Source: a virus
Lineage: Duplodnaviria > Caudoviricetes
Virus record (IMG/VR): IMGVR_UViG_3300011443_000013
Span: 1-41,629 of that record
DNA: 41,629 nt
Reading direction: 5' to 3' (one strand)
Each line of letters begins with the position of its first letter. The stretch's first letter is position 1. Below the pieces are notes generated by a model. The model saw only the letters and a program-made list of their open reading frames with translations. It made no database searches and was not told the DNA's origin. The position numbers and the translations under genes were made by a program. Positions 15,779 through 25,865 of this stretch are shown piece after piece.

Positions 15779-17973
15779 TTAAGTTGCCAGACGGGTATTT
15801 GGACTTTAACGACTCAATAGAAATTGAGCGGCAGATAAAGCTATTTGAAGACCTTGAAACCACAGACGGGGACTACTCCTATCGGTTTGAGGCTCCGATG
15901 ACGGCTAATAACATTCATCTTTTAGAGAACCCATTTCCTGACAACAGATCGAAACGAGTATATGAGAAGATCGACTGTGAACTACTGGACGACGAAGGGA
16001 ACCAATTGTACTTCGGATCTTTAAGAATAGAACGGGTTACCACTGTATTTGAACTGTCATTCTTTGCCGGGAATAACAATTGGTTCGGGCTACTCGCAGG
16101 GCCGATCGCAGATATTGACTTCTCAGACCTAGACCAGGCGCAAGACCTGTCAAACATCCTGGTCCAAATGGCGGCTACCTCCAATGTAGTATTCACATTA
16201 GTGGATAATGGGGCTCTTGTCACACGTGGCTACCGTCAGGTAAAAGTAGAGGACTACGTTGCCGGGATTTATGTGCACACGGTATTCAAAAGGATATTCC
16301 AGTTTCATTCAATTAAGATTCAGGGTGATCTATTCGATGAGCCGCTGTACTGGAAGTTGATTACACAACGGAATGGAAAGAGTCAGGCGCAGATCGACTC
16401 TGCCTCCTCTTATGTGGAGCAAAGTACTTTAATAGCGCGTCCGGGGGAAAACGTTAAATACCCGGTGGTCTTTCAGAATGATTCCGTGTACCCGTTTTAT
16501 GATGGTAGTGGGGATCCGTTCTCGTTAGTCACGAACTCATGGACCGCACCATTTAAGACTAAGATTCATATTGAAATGTCGTTCATTCCTTCAATAGTGA
16601 ATTCTACCTATAATCAACGGATCTACATAAACATAAACGGGGTGTTTACATTCGTGGATATCGGACTGGACGCTGGGGGATTGTATAACAGTGCAACCCC
16701 TGGGGATCAAACGTCTTTTACTTTAGACCGGACGTTTGTAGTGGAATCAGGGGACGTTTTAACATGGGATACCGAATGGCAGCAGTCCGGGGGATCAACT
16801 CAGAATGACGTGGTTTCAGGATGGGTTAAAATTACTCCAATTTACATTTATAAGGTATTCGGAGATTCAGTAGTGCCGGCGTGGACGCAAGGGGAATACG
16901 TCTCAAACATCTTCAAGATATTTAATGTATTACCGCATTTTAACTCGTTCACAAAGACACTAACATTAAACGTCTTCGACAAGCTCCGGGACAAACCGGC
17001 CATCGATCTGAGTCCGTTTATCTCTAATACTGAAATAGACTACATCGACTTTATTTCGAACTATGGTAAAAGGAATCTACTGAGTTATCAACAGGTAGAC
17101 TTCGATGAATTAAGGGATTATAACATACAGAACTTCTTTCCCTATGGGTCAGGGGTCATCACTTCAGATAACGGTTTTTTGGAAGACTCAGAAGACCTGA
17201 TTGAATCCGATTTCAGCAATCCGCAAAGCTACATTAACCCCGTGTTTGATATGAGCATGGAGCGCCTGAATTTAATCCAGTTGGAGACGGGCGACAATAC
17301 TAACCTAACCGCGGTCAACGACTCGGCAGGAGTAGCGAGGTTTGTGATTGATAAAGATATATTCTTAGTAGATGATTTGGTGCGTGTGGAATCTACCGAC
17401 CCATTCTATAACAAAGATTGGGTAGTGGACACGGTCACACCTGAAACTGCGCCGGGGGCTGGGGATGGATATGTTACGTTTGTGGGCCTTTCGTACGACA
17501 CCGCAGCAACCGGCACTTTGACTAAGTTGGAACACAAGTACAACGAATCGGATGAGGTGTATTTGCTGGTTCAGATACCGTTCTACCTTGTTACTTCATT
17601 CTCAGGGTTCTCAACTATCAAACTGGAATCCTTCGACCGTACGGAGATGTCATTGGCTTATTTTAATTTACTTCAACAGGGACGGGTAATAAACGACGAC
17701 TATAAACAAAGTCTTTCATTTGGAGAAATAGACCATCCGTTATTTTATCAGAGGACGATAGTAGAAACCTACTGGCAATTAGTCCAGCGGATATTCAACG
17801 ACCCTGTTAAGCTGTTTAACATTGTTTATATCCCGCATAAGTTGTTTGTAGCGATAGATTTCTTGCGTCCTTTTAAAGTGAGTACGGAAGAAACTTTTAA
17901 CCTGTATTACATGAATAAAATAACAGGTTACGAGGGTAATGACTGTGAGGTTCAATTAATAAAATTACCGTAA
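15772..17973 (+). CDS. Baseplate hub/tail-tip protein
   Basis: LDF...YSYRFEAPMTANN N-terminus and C-terminal YYMNKITGY..CEVQLIKL, typical of Bacteroidota siphovirus hub proteins. Confidence 0.7.
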   Translation: MLIKLPDGYLDFNDSIEIERQIKLFEDLETTDGDYSYRFEAPMTANNIHLLENPFPDNRSKRVYEKIDCELLDDEGNQLYFGSLRIERVTTVFELSFFAGNNNWFGLLAGPIADIDFSDLDQAQDLSNILVQMAATSNVVFTLVDNGALVTRGYRQVKVEDYVAGIYVHTVFKRIFQFHSIKIQGDLFDEPLYWKLITQRNGKSQAQIDSASSYVEQSTLIARPGENVKYPVVFQNDSVYPFYDGSGDPFSLVTNSWTAPFKTKIHIEMSFIPSIVNSTYNQRIYININGVFTFVDIGLDAGGLYNSATPGDQTSFTLDRTFVVESGDVLTWDTEWQQSGGSTQNDVVSGWVKITPIYIYKVFGDSVVPAWTQGEYVSNIFKIFNVLPHFNSFTKTLTLNVFDKLRDKPAIDLSPFISNTEIDYIDFISNYGKRNLLSYQQVDFDELRDYNIQNFFPYGSGVITSDNGFLEDSEDLIESDFSNPQSYINPVFDMSMERLNLIQLETGDNTNLTAVNDSAGVARFVIDKDIFLVDDLVRVESTDPFYNKDWVVDTVTPETAPGAGDGYVTFVGLSYDTAATGTLTKLEHKYNESDEVYLLVQIPFYLVTSFSGFSTIKLESFDRTEMSLAYFNLLQQGRVINDDYKQSLSFGEIDHPLFYQRTIVETYWQLVQRIFNDPVKLFNIVYIPHKLFVAIDFLRPFKVSTEETFNLYYMNKITGYEGNDCEVQLIKLP

Positions 17974-20045
17974 TGGCAGAGGAAACCATTTTATTAAACG
18001 TCAAAATAGATCAGTCGGACGCGCAAAAGCAGTTGGAAAAGACTGAGAAGAGTATTATTTCCTTAAAGAAAGAACAGGCTTCGCTTACCAAAGAATATAA
18101 GGCCGGGAAGGTTTCAGAAGACGAATATATTAAGTCTAACCTTGCACTACAGAAGGCCATAACTAATGAAACAAACCAGAAGCGAACACTAATCCGGGCG
18201 GTTGACACGGAGTCAAATTCCCGCAATGCATTAAAGTTAAAGATAGCAGAACTTGTAAAAGAGTATGATAATTTAAACACTGAGACCGCCGAAGGGCAAG
18301 CCCGTCAAAAAGCCTTAGCTGCTGAACTAACGAAACTAAACGACCAGTTTAATAAGTCCTCCAATTCTGCGGGACTATTCAAAGATCAAATAGGGAACTA
18401 TCCAAAAGCCTTTTCAGACGCAGCGGGACAGATTAAAATAGCTGGAGTTTCAGTAGGGGACTTTGGTAGTAAAATGCTGGCCTTTGCCAATCCTGTGACC
18501 GCAGCGGTGGGGGTAGTAGGTTTATTAGGATCGGCATTCCTTTCTACCAGGGATGGGGCTGAATTATTAGAATCGGCACAGTTTAAACTTCAGGCAGGCT
18601 TCCAGATTTTAGGCCGGGAGACCGCAAGTCTAGTTGATAAGATTTCGCATTTAGGCGGTGATGAAAAAGGGACCGGTAAGGTCACTAAATCACTGTTATT
18701 AGCGAACCCCGTTATAGCGGCGGTTATAATAAATCTTAAACTATTAGATAAGGTCACCGGGGGATATCTGTCAAGGTTAGCCGCAGAAAGTCAGGCGCTG
18801 GCGGATTCTAAAGCGGCTTATGATGATCTATTAAGATCGCAACTGGAGGAAAGTGAACAGGTAGCCAAACTTGACCGGCAGATTGCGGACCTGACCACCA
18901 AACGTGAAGAAGAAACCACCACGGTAGAACAGCGGGTTGCACTGGACCGTGAAATTTTAAAGTTAGAGGAACAGCGCAAAAATATTCTTATCGCTAATGC
19001 TCAATTACGTCTCGCTGCTTTGGAGGCTGACGCTAAACTACAGGGCGGAGTTAATAAACTTACAGATACACAGTTACAGCTATTAATTGCTACCAGGAAT
19101 GAAGTTCAGAACCTACAAGCTGAATATTCCGGTAGGACTAAAAAGATACTATCTGACATTGATTCTATTAACGATAAATTAAGGGATCAGGCAAAATTAG
19201 CAGCAAAGGCGGCGGATGAACTTAGAAAATCAGACGCAGCAGATGCGCGCGCACAAAGACGGGCTTTAGATTTCGCTCCCGATGCCCCGACTGTTGAACA
19301 GGACGTAGAAACCCCCGCTATGAAACGGGAGGCGAGGGAAACTGAGTTTCTAATTGAGGAGGGAATAATACGTTTCGATGCGACGCAGGATTTAAATGCA
19401 GCTTTAGAAAAATCCAATAAACAATTCTACGAAAAGGACTTAGCCAATAAGAAAAGAAACGCGGCATTAAAAGAACAGGTCGATCAGGCACAGCTACAAT
19501 CGGCCGCATCAATTCTTGATGCCACTGCATCACTTTTTGATCAACAATCGGACGAATACAAAGCGATCGCAAGTGCCCAGGTATTAATCAGTACCTACGG
19601 TGCGGCTACTAAAGCCTATGAGGCGGCTTTCCTTCCGTTGCCTACTATTGCCAGCCCTGCCATTGGTGCAGCGTTCGCAGCGGCAGCCATAGCACAAGGT
19701 TTGGCAAATTTAGCGGCTATCAACGGGGTGCAATTCGCTGAAGGGGGCTTTACTGGTCCGGGTTCTAAGTACCAACCGGCTGGAATTGTTCACGCCGGTG
19801 AATATGTCGCACCTCAATCAGTTGTGAATAGTCCACAAGCACAGCCCCACATTGCAGCATTAGAGGGAATGAGAAAAGGCTATGCCGACGGAGGATTCGT
19901 CACAGAACAGAACATCAGCCCTTATCAGATGGCCATGATCACCGCGAACGCAGTACGTAATATGCCTCAACCAGTTGTAGGAGTCCGTGAGTTTAACAAG
20001 GTAGCTGCTAGGGTATCCGTCAGAGAATCAGTTTCAAAACTATGA
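17973..20045 (+). CDS. Tape measure protein
   Basis: Long Ala/Leu/Glu-rich helical protein, QIGNY, FAEGGFTG..PAGIVHAGEYV, GYADGGFV. Confidence 0.9.
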   Translation: MAEETILLNVKIDQSDAQKQLEKTEKSIISLKKEQASLTKEYKAGKVSEDEYIKSNLALQKAITNETNQKRTLIRAVDTESNSRNALKLKIAELVKEYDNLNTETAEGQARQKALAAELTKLNDQFNKSSNSAGLFKDQIGNYPKAFSDAAGQIKIAGVSVGDFGSKMLAFANPVTAAVGVVGLLGSAFLSTRDGAELLESAQFKLQAGFQILGRETASLVDKISHLGGDEKGTGKVTKSLLLANPVIAAVIINLKLLDKVTGGYLSRLAAESQALADSKAAYDDLLRSQLEESEQVAKLDRQIADLTTKREEETTTVEQRVALDREILKLEEQRKNILIANAQLRLAALEADAKLQGGVNKLTDTQLQLLIATRNEVQNLQAEYSGRTKKILSDIDSINDKLRDQAKLAAKAADELRKSDAADARAQRRALDFAPDAPTVEQDVETPAMKREARETEFLIEEGIIRFDATQDLNAALEKSNKQFYEKDLANKKRNAALKEQVDQAQLQSAASILDATASLFDQQSDEYKAIASAQVLISTYGAATKAYEAAFLPLPTIASPAIGAAFAAAAIAQGLANLAAINGVQFAEGGFTGPGSKYQPAGIVHAGEYVAPQSVVNSPQAQPHIAALEGMRKGYADGGFVTEQNISPYQMAMITANAVRNMPQPVVGVREFNKVAARVSVRESVSKL

Positions 20046-20278
20046 CAATAGAAAACAAGTACAACGTTCCACGGGAAACCATTCAGAAAATGGTCAATGA
20101 TGGTGTTATCCCTTGTTCAGTAGTCAACCATTATCAAGTTTATGACCTGTTCCAACGCTACAAAAACGAGTGCCCCACCTGTACTCAAAACTCAGTGCTT
20201 TGGAGGGTAGCCGAGGAAAGAAACGAACCCTTCGATCGAATTAAAAAGATCGTCTACGAGCTGGGGAAAAAATTGTAA
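20042..20278 (+). CDS. Small helical protein (possible HTH regulator)
   Basis: C-terminal VAEERNEPFDRIKKIV resembles an HTH. Confidence 0.55.
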   Translation: MTIENKYNVPRETIQKMVNDGVIPCSVVNHYQVYDLFQRYKNECPTCTQNSVLWRVAEERNEPFDRIKKIVYELGKKL

Positions 20279-20313
20279 CTGTATTTACTTGCAAATCCCC
20301 GCACCTTTATTAC

Positions 20314-21474
20314 ATGACGGGGCACATTCAGATTTATGGCGGCATTGGCACAGAACGTAACGAGACAAGTTTTGAGAACGTCAAATCCCAACTAGACGCT
20401 GAAAAAGGATCTGAAGAACTAGCGGTCCACATCATGTCTCCAGGTGGGGACGTGTTCGAAGGAGAAGGGATCTACAACCTTCTAAAGAACGCTAACAAAC
20501 CCATAACAACTTACATTGAAGGTACTTGCGCCTCTATTGCGACACTTATCGCAGCAGCGGGCGACAAAATAGTTATGAACCGGACCGGAAGGTTTATGAT
20601 TCATAATCCCAAAATATCAGGTCTTAACTCACAGGCCGACGCAAGAGACTTACGCCATGTTGCCAACCAATTAGACAAGATTAAGACGCTCTTAATTGAT
20701 GTCTATGACCGGAAGACAACACTAGGCAAACCAAAACTATGGGAGTTGTACGACAACGAAACATGGTACACCGCAGACGAGGCCAAAACAGCCGGGTTTG
20801 TCGATGAAGTAGTAGACGCCATCAAGGCCGTAGCAAAAGTCGATTTTAAACATTACAACGAAATGAAAAATGAAGGACTATGGAAGAAGATTCAGAATCT
20901 ATTCCAGTTGAACAAGTTCAAAGCCGAGTTTGTGGAACAACTCGAAGACGGGACAGCTATTGTCGTGATGTCGGATGATGAGGACTGGACGGGCAAGGCT
21001 GTGATCTATGAAGATGGTACTAACCTTCCTGACGGGCAGTACAAATTGAAATCAGGAAAGGGATTCTCCGTGTCAGGGGGAACAATAGCAGAAGTTTACA
21101 CTGGGGAGCCACAAGCCCCCGCAACCGAAGAAGCCGAAGCGGCAGCAGATATGAAAGAACTAGAAACAGTAAAAGCACAGTTGGCTGAAGCTCTGGCGGC
21201 AAATGAAGCCCTTCAGGCTCAGGTACAACAACAAACAGCAGCCACTACAACGGCTAAAGCTGAAACAGTAAAGATCCAAAACCGGATGACCACCCTAGAG
21301 CAGGATTTCATCAAGCTCAAAGAGGAAGCATCGGTAACGTTCGGCGACAAGTCCGAGCCAAAGAAAGGTCCCGTCATCAAAAACGTGGGCAAGCAAGAAC
21401 AACAAGTCGATCCAATGGGCGATTACGCCAGAACCTATTTTAAAAACCGTAACATCATCAACGATGAAGACTAG
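20314..21474 (+). CDS. ClpP-type prohead protease fused to scaffold
   Basis: SPGGDVFEG, CASIAT, MIHNP, ETWYTADEAKTAGFVD; C-terminal coiled coil. Confidence 0.92.
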   Translation: MTGHIQIYGGIGTERNETSFENVKSQLDAEKGSEELAVHIMSPGGDVFEGEGIYNLLKNANKPITTYIEGTCASIATLIAAAGDKIVMNRTGRFMIHNPKISGLNSQADARDLRHVANQLDKIKTLLIDVYDRKTTLGKPKLWELYDNETWYTADEAKTAGFVDEVVDAIKAVAKVDFKHYNEMKNEGLWKKIQNLFQLNKFKAEFVEQLEDGTAIVVMSDDEDWTGKAVIYEDGTNLPDGQYKLKSGKGFSVSGGTIAEVYTGEPQAPATEEAEAAADMKELETVKAQLAEALAANEALQAQVQQQTAATTTAKAETVKIQNRMTTLEQDFIKLKEEASVTFGDKSEPKKGPVIKNVGKQEQQVDPMGDYARTYFKNRNIINDED

Positions 21475-22516
21475 AATTGAAAACTCAATGTATACGCCTG
21501 ACATCACGACGTATACCTATCCTGGCATCCTCTCCAAAGAGATCATCCAGAAGCCCAAGATCGATACTCCTCCACTATCGGCGCTCTATACGATCCGTAA
21601 TGGGGTGAGGTCCAAAGAGCAACTGCACCTTATGTCAGCGCTTTCGAGCGTGTTGGCGAAGGGAACAGCTACTTGTGAACCTACCTACACTCAGGCGGGA
21701 TCCATCACAGGTAAAACCCTTGAAACAGGGTTGTTTGAAATCAACCTTTCATGGTGTAAGAAAGAATTTCAGGGGCTTTTATCCACATTTAACGCACTGG
21801 GAGACGACCCGAACCTAGTTGGGGACGGTCTTTCAGGCTATGAACTGGGTGGGAAACTTCGCTCATTGATTTTAGATGAGATCCTGGAGGCTGCACGTAT
21901 TGACATCTGGAAAATTGCCTTTCTTGGTCAGTCAGCCTTCACTGGGTCTTCTGTTTACTCGACCATTGACGGTCTGTGGACTGCTTATTTGGATGCTTTC
22001 GCTTCTTATTGCGTGAAGACAGTACAGAACTCACTTCCTAACGGAGCGACTTCAGTATTGAACGCTGACGCAGCTAGGGATACGTTCAGGACGCTGTTCA
22101 CCGGCGCACCTTTGCTGTTGAAGCAAATGATTTCTTCTGGAAAAGTTAAACTGTTTGTAACGGGTTCAATGTGGGAAAACTACCTATTGAGTCTCGAAAC
22201 GAACTGCTGTGTTGAGGGTTCATGGAGACTCCAGCAGGACGGATCTAAAACACTTTACTACCGTGGCGTGGAACTTGTTCCTCTTTGGGTCATTGACTCA
22301 GCTTTGGAGAACGACACCACTCCTTATACAAACCTTTTGAGACACTTTGCGATTCTTACACTTCCTGAAAACAACATTTTCGGAACTGAGAACGCATCAG
22401 ACCTCAACAACCTGGAACTGTGCTACGATTGTAGGACAAAAACGACTTTCATTCAAGGCGAAATGAGATTCGGTGTTAACTTCTTGAATTGTGATTTAAC
22501 CGCGATAGCGTACTAA
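21464..22516 (+). CDS. Major capsid protein
   Basis: 350 aa directly after the protease/scaffold; IDGLW, YRGVELVP, NNIFGT, MRFGVN C-terminal pattern. Confidence 0.85.
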   Translation: MKTRIENSMYTPDITTYTYPGILSKEIIQKPKIDTPPLSALYTIRNGVRSKEQLHLMSALSSVLAKGTATCEPTYTQAGSITGKTLETGLFEINLSWCKKEFQGLLSTFNALGDDPNLVGDGLSGYELGGKLRSLILDEILEAARIDIWKIAFLGQSAFTGSSVYSTIDGLWTAYLDAFASYCVKTVQNSLPNGATSVLNADAARDTFRTLFTGAPLLLKQMISSGKVKLFVTGSMWENYLLSLETNCCVEGSWRLQQDGSKTLYYRGVELVPLWVIDSALENDTTPYTNLLRHFAILTLPENNIFGTENASDLNNLELCYDCRTKTTFIQGEMRFGVNFLNCDLTAIAY

Positions 22517-22517
22517 A

Positions 22518-23105
22518 ATGAACATAGTTCAATACGGACGACAACTGTTTCCGCTTAACTGCGGGATTACCGATGGCATGGACATCACCTGTGATGACCT
22601 CAAAAAACCCGGCGGAGTTTACCGGGTAGCTTGGGTGTTCAATCTTGGTGATCTTCGGACGCCGATCGATGTGACACTAGCTTCCTATATCACAAACTTG
22701 AACTTTAATACTTATGTATCACTGTACAGGTTTGAGTCGGCTAAATTTACTCACGAAGGGACGTGGGTAGAACAAGTCGGGGATTCTGGTAACGTGAGCT
22801 ATCAACAGACAGCTATCTTGCGATTAGCCAATGCCAACCCAACAGCGGACCGAGTAATCGAGAACGCGAGTGTTGCGGAGCTTGGAATAATTTTCAAAAC
22901 AAATGCTGGTGAGTTTCTGATATACGGCGCTGGTAACGGTTTAGCAGCAGATGCAAGCACGACCGGCGGAACTGGAAGACAGTCTACAGATTCCACTTTC
23001 ACAACGCTTAACCTGGTGGGAACTGAAAGGTACTTGCCTAAGCGGTTGTTGATCGGTGGATCTGTGACGACTACCCAACAGTATCTCGACGCGGCATCAT
23101 CTTAA
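22518..23105 (+). CDS. Major tail tube protein
   Basis: NCGITDG..C..KPGGV, IYGAGNGL, GGTG..STD, TLNLVGTE; followed by a terminator. Confidence 0.8.
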   Translation: MNIVQYGRQLFPLNCGITDGMDITCDDLKKPGGVYRVAWVFNLGDLRTPIDVTLASYITNLNFNTYVSLYRFESAKFTHEGTWVEQVGDSGNVSYQQTAILRLANANPTADRVIENASVAELGIIFKTNAGEFLIYGAGNGLAADASTTGGTGRQSTDSTFTTLNLVGTERYLPKRLLIGGSVTTTQQYLDAASS

Positions 23106-23122
23106 TAACCTGTAACCTAAAG

Positions 23123-23153
23123 AAAGAGCCCTTTTTAACCGAAGGGCTTTTTT
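23123..23153. terminator. Bidirectional intrinsic terminator
   Basis: aaagagccctt-tttaaccg-aagggctttttt between convergent genes. Confidence 0.85.
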
Positions 23154-23541
23154 ATTCAAATGGTTTTTTACCTGAAATCAAATCCTCAGGGCGATAATAT
23201 AATTTAGTCCCTATAGTTATAGGATATATCAATCCCTGTGTAGTCCATTCTCTTAGCTCTGTAACAGTTATATTCAGAAATTTAGCAGTCCTACGTTCAT
23301 CCATCATATACAAATTAGTTGGTAGTGTTTTTATTCGATGGAGAGCTTCAGAATTCGACCGCACTAATTGTGTCAATACTTCACCGACTTTATGAGAAAT
23401 CTTGTCCATGTGAAAGTACACAGTATCATCAATTTGCTCATTTATTAGCGATGCTATTGTTGTAGCTTGTTGTATAGGATTTAAAGAAATTCGCTTAGAC
23501 ACAATTTCTTTCCTACCCTTTCTCTTTTTTTTTATTGCCAT
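23152..23541 (-). CDS. DNA-binding protein with C-terminal HTH_17/MerR-like domain
   Basis: MMDERRTAKFLNITVTELREWTTQGLI....IGTKLYYRPEDL. Confidence 0.8.
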   Translation of the reverse strand: MAIKKKRKGRKEIVSKRISLNPIQQATTIASLINEQIDDTVYFHMDKISHKVGEVLTQLVRSNSEALHRIKTLPTNLYMMDERRTAKFLNITVTELREWTTQGLIYPITIGTKLYYRPEDLISGKKPFE

Positions 23542-23720
23542 GCTTTTTTGTCTGTCTCAATTAAATGTTCAAGTTGTTCACGTTTTATATACGTTCGGCG
23601 ACCTACTTTATAAGTAGTCAATTTTTTGAGTTCGATTTGTGCATAAACAAAGCCGCGTGAACATCCTAAATAGGCCATAGTCTCCCCCATTGTTAAAAAT
23701 TTCTTATCTATTATTTCCAT
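23532..23720 (-). CDS. Excisionase-like HTH_17 protein
   Basis: FLTMGETMAYLGCSRGFVY..I...KL..YKVGRRTYIKREQL. Confidence 0.85.
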   Translation of the reverse strand: MEIIDKKFLTMGETMAYLGCSRGFVYAQIELKKLTTYKVGRRTYIKREQLEHLIETDKKAWQ

Positions 23721-23805
23721 ATATGTACATATTGGTTTATATGTACAAAAATAATAATTTTATGTAGAATAATTGCGACACTTAAAAAAATACTTAAATT
23801 TAGCC
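23720..23805. promoter_or_regulatory. Divergent promoter/operator region
   Basis: Palindrome atatgtacatat (23721-23732); tatatgtaca repeats at 23720 and 23738, variant at 23759; minus-strand TATTTTTG at 23753-23746; plus-strand TTG-N19-TAAATTTA-gcc-ATG. Confidence 0.6.
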
Positions 23806-23982
23806 ATGTCGAAAGTAGAAATACTTGCAGAATTACGGGCTAATGGCCAAATAGATATTTTTCGTCGGTCTCCCAGTTGGGAAAAAGCATTTGATCTTTA
23901 TAAGAAGGAAAAAGGCGGTCATAAGAACATGAACTGCGGTTCTTGTTATGGCGATGTAAAGAAATGGCTACTGCTCAATTAG
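23806..23982 (+). CDS. Small CxxC protein
   Basis: Likely start MSKVEIL; NMNCGSCY. Confidence 0.65.
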   Translation: MSKVEILAELRANGQIDIFRRSPSWEKAFDLYKKEKGGHKNMNCGSCYGDVKKWLLLN

Positions 23983-24644
23983 TCCAGATATATTTTGAGC
24001 CTGAGCAAGAAAAAGAATTGTACCCTTTTTCAATTCCGTACAACAATAAAGGCAAGGTTACGGTATTTTTTGAGAATGAAGTCATTAGAAAGGTAGTTTC
24101 GGAGACAAAAGCGGATAAAATTGGAGTTTGCAGTTGGCGGTTAAAGGAAAAACAGCGGATGTACATCGGAAGACCGCGACCGATCACAGAAGAATTGATA
24201 AACAGCCACTATGAAGTTCTCTCTTTTACTCGCAACACGAAATACCATAAAATGTTGGCCTTCGCAGCCCAAAGTCACCTCCACTTTCAACCCGCTTTTG
24301 ATACAATCCTTAGATCAATTGGAAAATACCATGCATTTGAGATTAAAAATCCGATCTACCAGAATCACTTTATGGCTAGAGTGGACATCTATAGGCACTA
24401 TGTTAAAGAATATCTTTCGCCGACTATGGAATTGATTTCAAACGATCCTGTAATTAACGAAATGGCTATGCGGGATGCTAACTATTCAACACTGTTAAAA
24501 AAGGATCACTCGGACATGGTTGATAAGATAGGACTTCCTTATTATCCGATGGTTCCATTTTTACTTGAAAGACTGTTTTCTGTATTCTGTCAGAATGAAA
24601 AAATAAATGTAACGTATAATGATCAGCCTAATCCATCCAAGTAG
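23964..24644 (+). CDS. Putative glycosyltransferase (DUF4422-like)
   Basis: IGVCSWR, NHFMARVDIYRHY, PFLLERLFS. Confidence 0.6.
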   Translation: MATAQLVQIYFEPEQEKELYPFSIPYNNKGKVTVFFENEVIRKVVSETKADKIGVCSWRLKEKQRMYIGRPRPITEELINSHYEVLSFTRNTKYHKMLAFAAQSHLHFQPAFDTILRSIGKYHAFEIKNPIYQNHFMARVDIYRHYVKEYLSPTMELISNDPVINEMAMRDANYSTLLKKDHSDMVDKIGLPYYPMVPFLLERLFSVFCQNEKINVTYNDQPNPSK

Positions 24645-25284
24645 GGGAAGACCGGAGAAGGCGCACGATACCGCATGGACTTGGGCTGAAAAGTCGGGCC
24701 TTCCTTCTAGTCCTGCCCTCATGGCTGAGACTTCCGAATTTGAATATATTATTTCGTTGGATTTGGATGATCCATATAAGGATAAATATTCAGAACTATT
24801 TTTAAGCCAACAAAAGGTAATATCGAACAACAAATCAGTGGTAGAGGCAACAAATAAAGCGGCTGAATATTGCAGTGGGGATATAATTGTTTATCTATCA
24901 GATGATTTTCAATGTCCTAATAATTGGGGTCAATTACTTATTGCTGAATTTGCCAAATATTCAGGGCCAACGCTTATAAAAGTGGACGACTGTCTGCAAA
25001 AGTTCAATGTTCCGGTTTTGACTATCCCGATAATGAACCGTGAACTTTATAACAAACTCGGTTACTTCTTTCATCCTGATTTTAAGTCGATGTTCTGCGA
25101 TGAACATTTATACTGGAAGACCTATAACATGGGAGCTTTGAAGTTAGCACCGCATTTAAAATTCGAACATTGTCACGTGTCAGTAGGTAAAGCACCGGAC
25201 GATGAAACCTATCGCAGAAGCGCAAGGAACTGGGAACAAGGCAAGGCGATGTTTGCCAAACATAAACGGGCGGGATTTCCATGA
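24619..25284 (+). CDS. Glycosyltransferase family 2-like (GT-A)
   Basis: ISLIHPSRGRP, LDLDD, IVYLSDDF, FCDEHL, FEHCH. Confidence 0.85.
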   Translation: MISLIHPSRGRPEKAHDTAWTWAEKSGLPSSPALMAETSEFEYIISLDLDDPYKDKYSELFLSQQKVISNNKSVVEATNKAAEYCSGDIIVYLSDDFQCPNNWGQLLIAEFAKYSGPTLIKVDDCLQKFNVPVLTIPIMNRELYNKLGYFFHPDFKSMFCDEHLYWKTYNMGALKLAPHLKFEHCHVSVGKAPDDETYRRSARNWEQGKAMFAKHKRAGFP

Positions 25285-25865
25285 GTTCACTGGCGATATT
25301 AATATGTACTTTACCTGAACGCTTCGAAAAGTTGAAGCGGTTGAAGAACATTTTAGAGCCACAAGTCGAACGGTTCAAAGACCAGGTTCAGATAGTTTGT
25401 AATGATGCAGGGCGATCGATCCCAACAGGGACTAAACGTAATTTATTAATCGAACAAACCTCATCCGATTACTTCTGCTTTATTGATGATGATGATTGGG
25501 TGCATTCCTACTATGTAGATGAAATAGTTAAGGCTATGGAGTCCAGTCCTGATGTGATTACTTTCTGTGGATGGATCACCACCAACGGCCACAGCCGGGT
25601 AAACTGGCAGATCAAACTAGGGAACAGATACGAGGAACGGAACGGGATGTATTACAGGTTCCCTAATCACTTGGCCGTGATGAAGCGAGAATTAGTCCGG
25701 CATATCAAATTTCCTGACGTGTGGAAAGAGGAAGACTACCAATGGGCGGTACAGATCCACAATAGAAAGTTATTAAAGAGTGAAGTTCATATTCCTTTAG
25801 AATTATATCATTACGACTTCGACGAAACCAAACCACCCTATGCAAGACCCAATGGCGTTCGCTAA
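25281..25865 (+). CDS. Glycosyltransferase family 2
   Basis: LICTLPER, GTKRNLL, FCFIDDDD, EEDYQW. Confidence 0.88.
   Translation: MSSLAILICTLPERFEKLKRLKNILEPQVERFKDQVQIVCNDAGRSIPTGTKRNLLIEQTSSDYFCFIDDDDWVHSYYVDEIVKAMESSPDVITFCGWITTNGHSRVNWQIKLGNRYEERNGMYYRFPNHLAVMKRELVRHIKFPDVWKEEDYQWAVQIHNRKLLKSEVHIPLELYHYDFDETKPPYARPNGVR

Noticed and set aside
23152-23720. Excisionase-like genes as evidence of an integration module or inserted mobile element
   Set aside because: No integrase, transposase, terminal inverted repeats or target duplication recognised; HTH_17 proteins are often plain regulators
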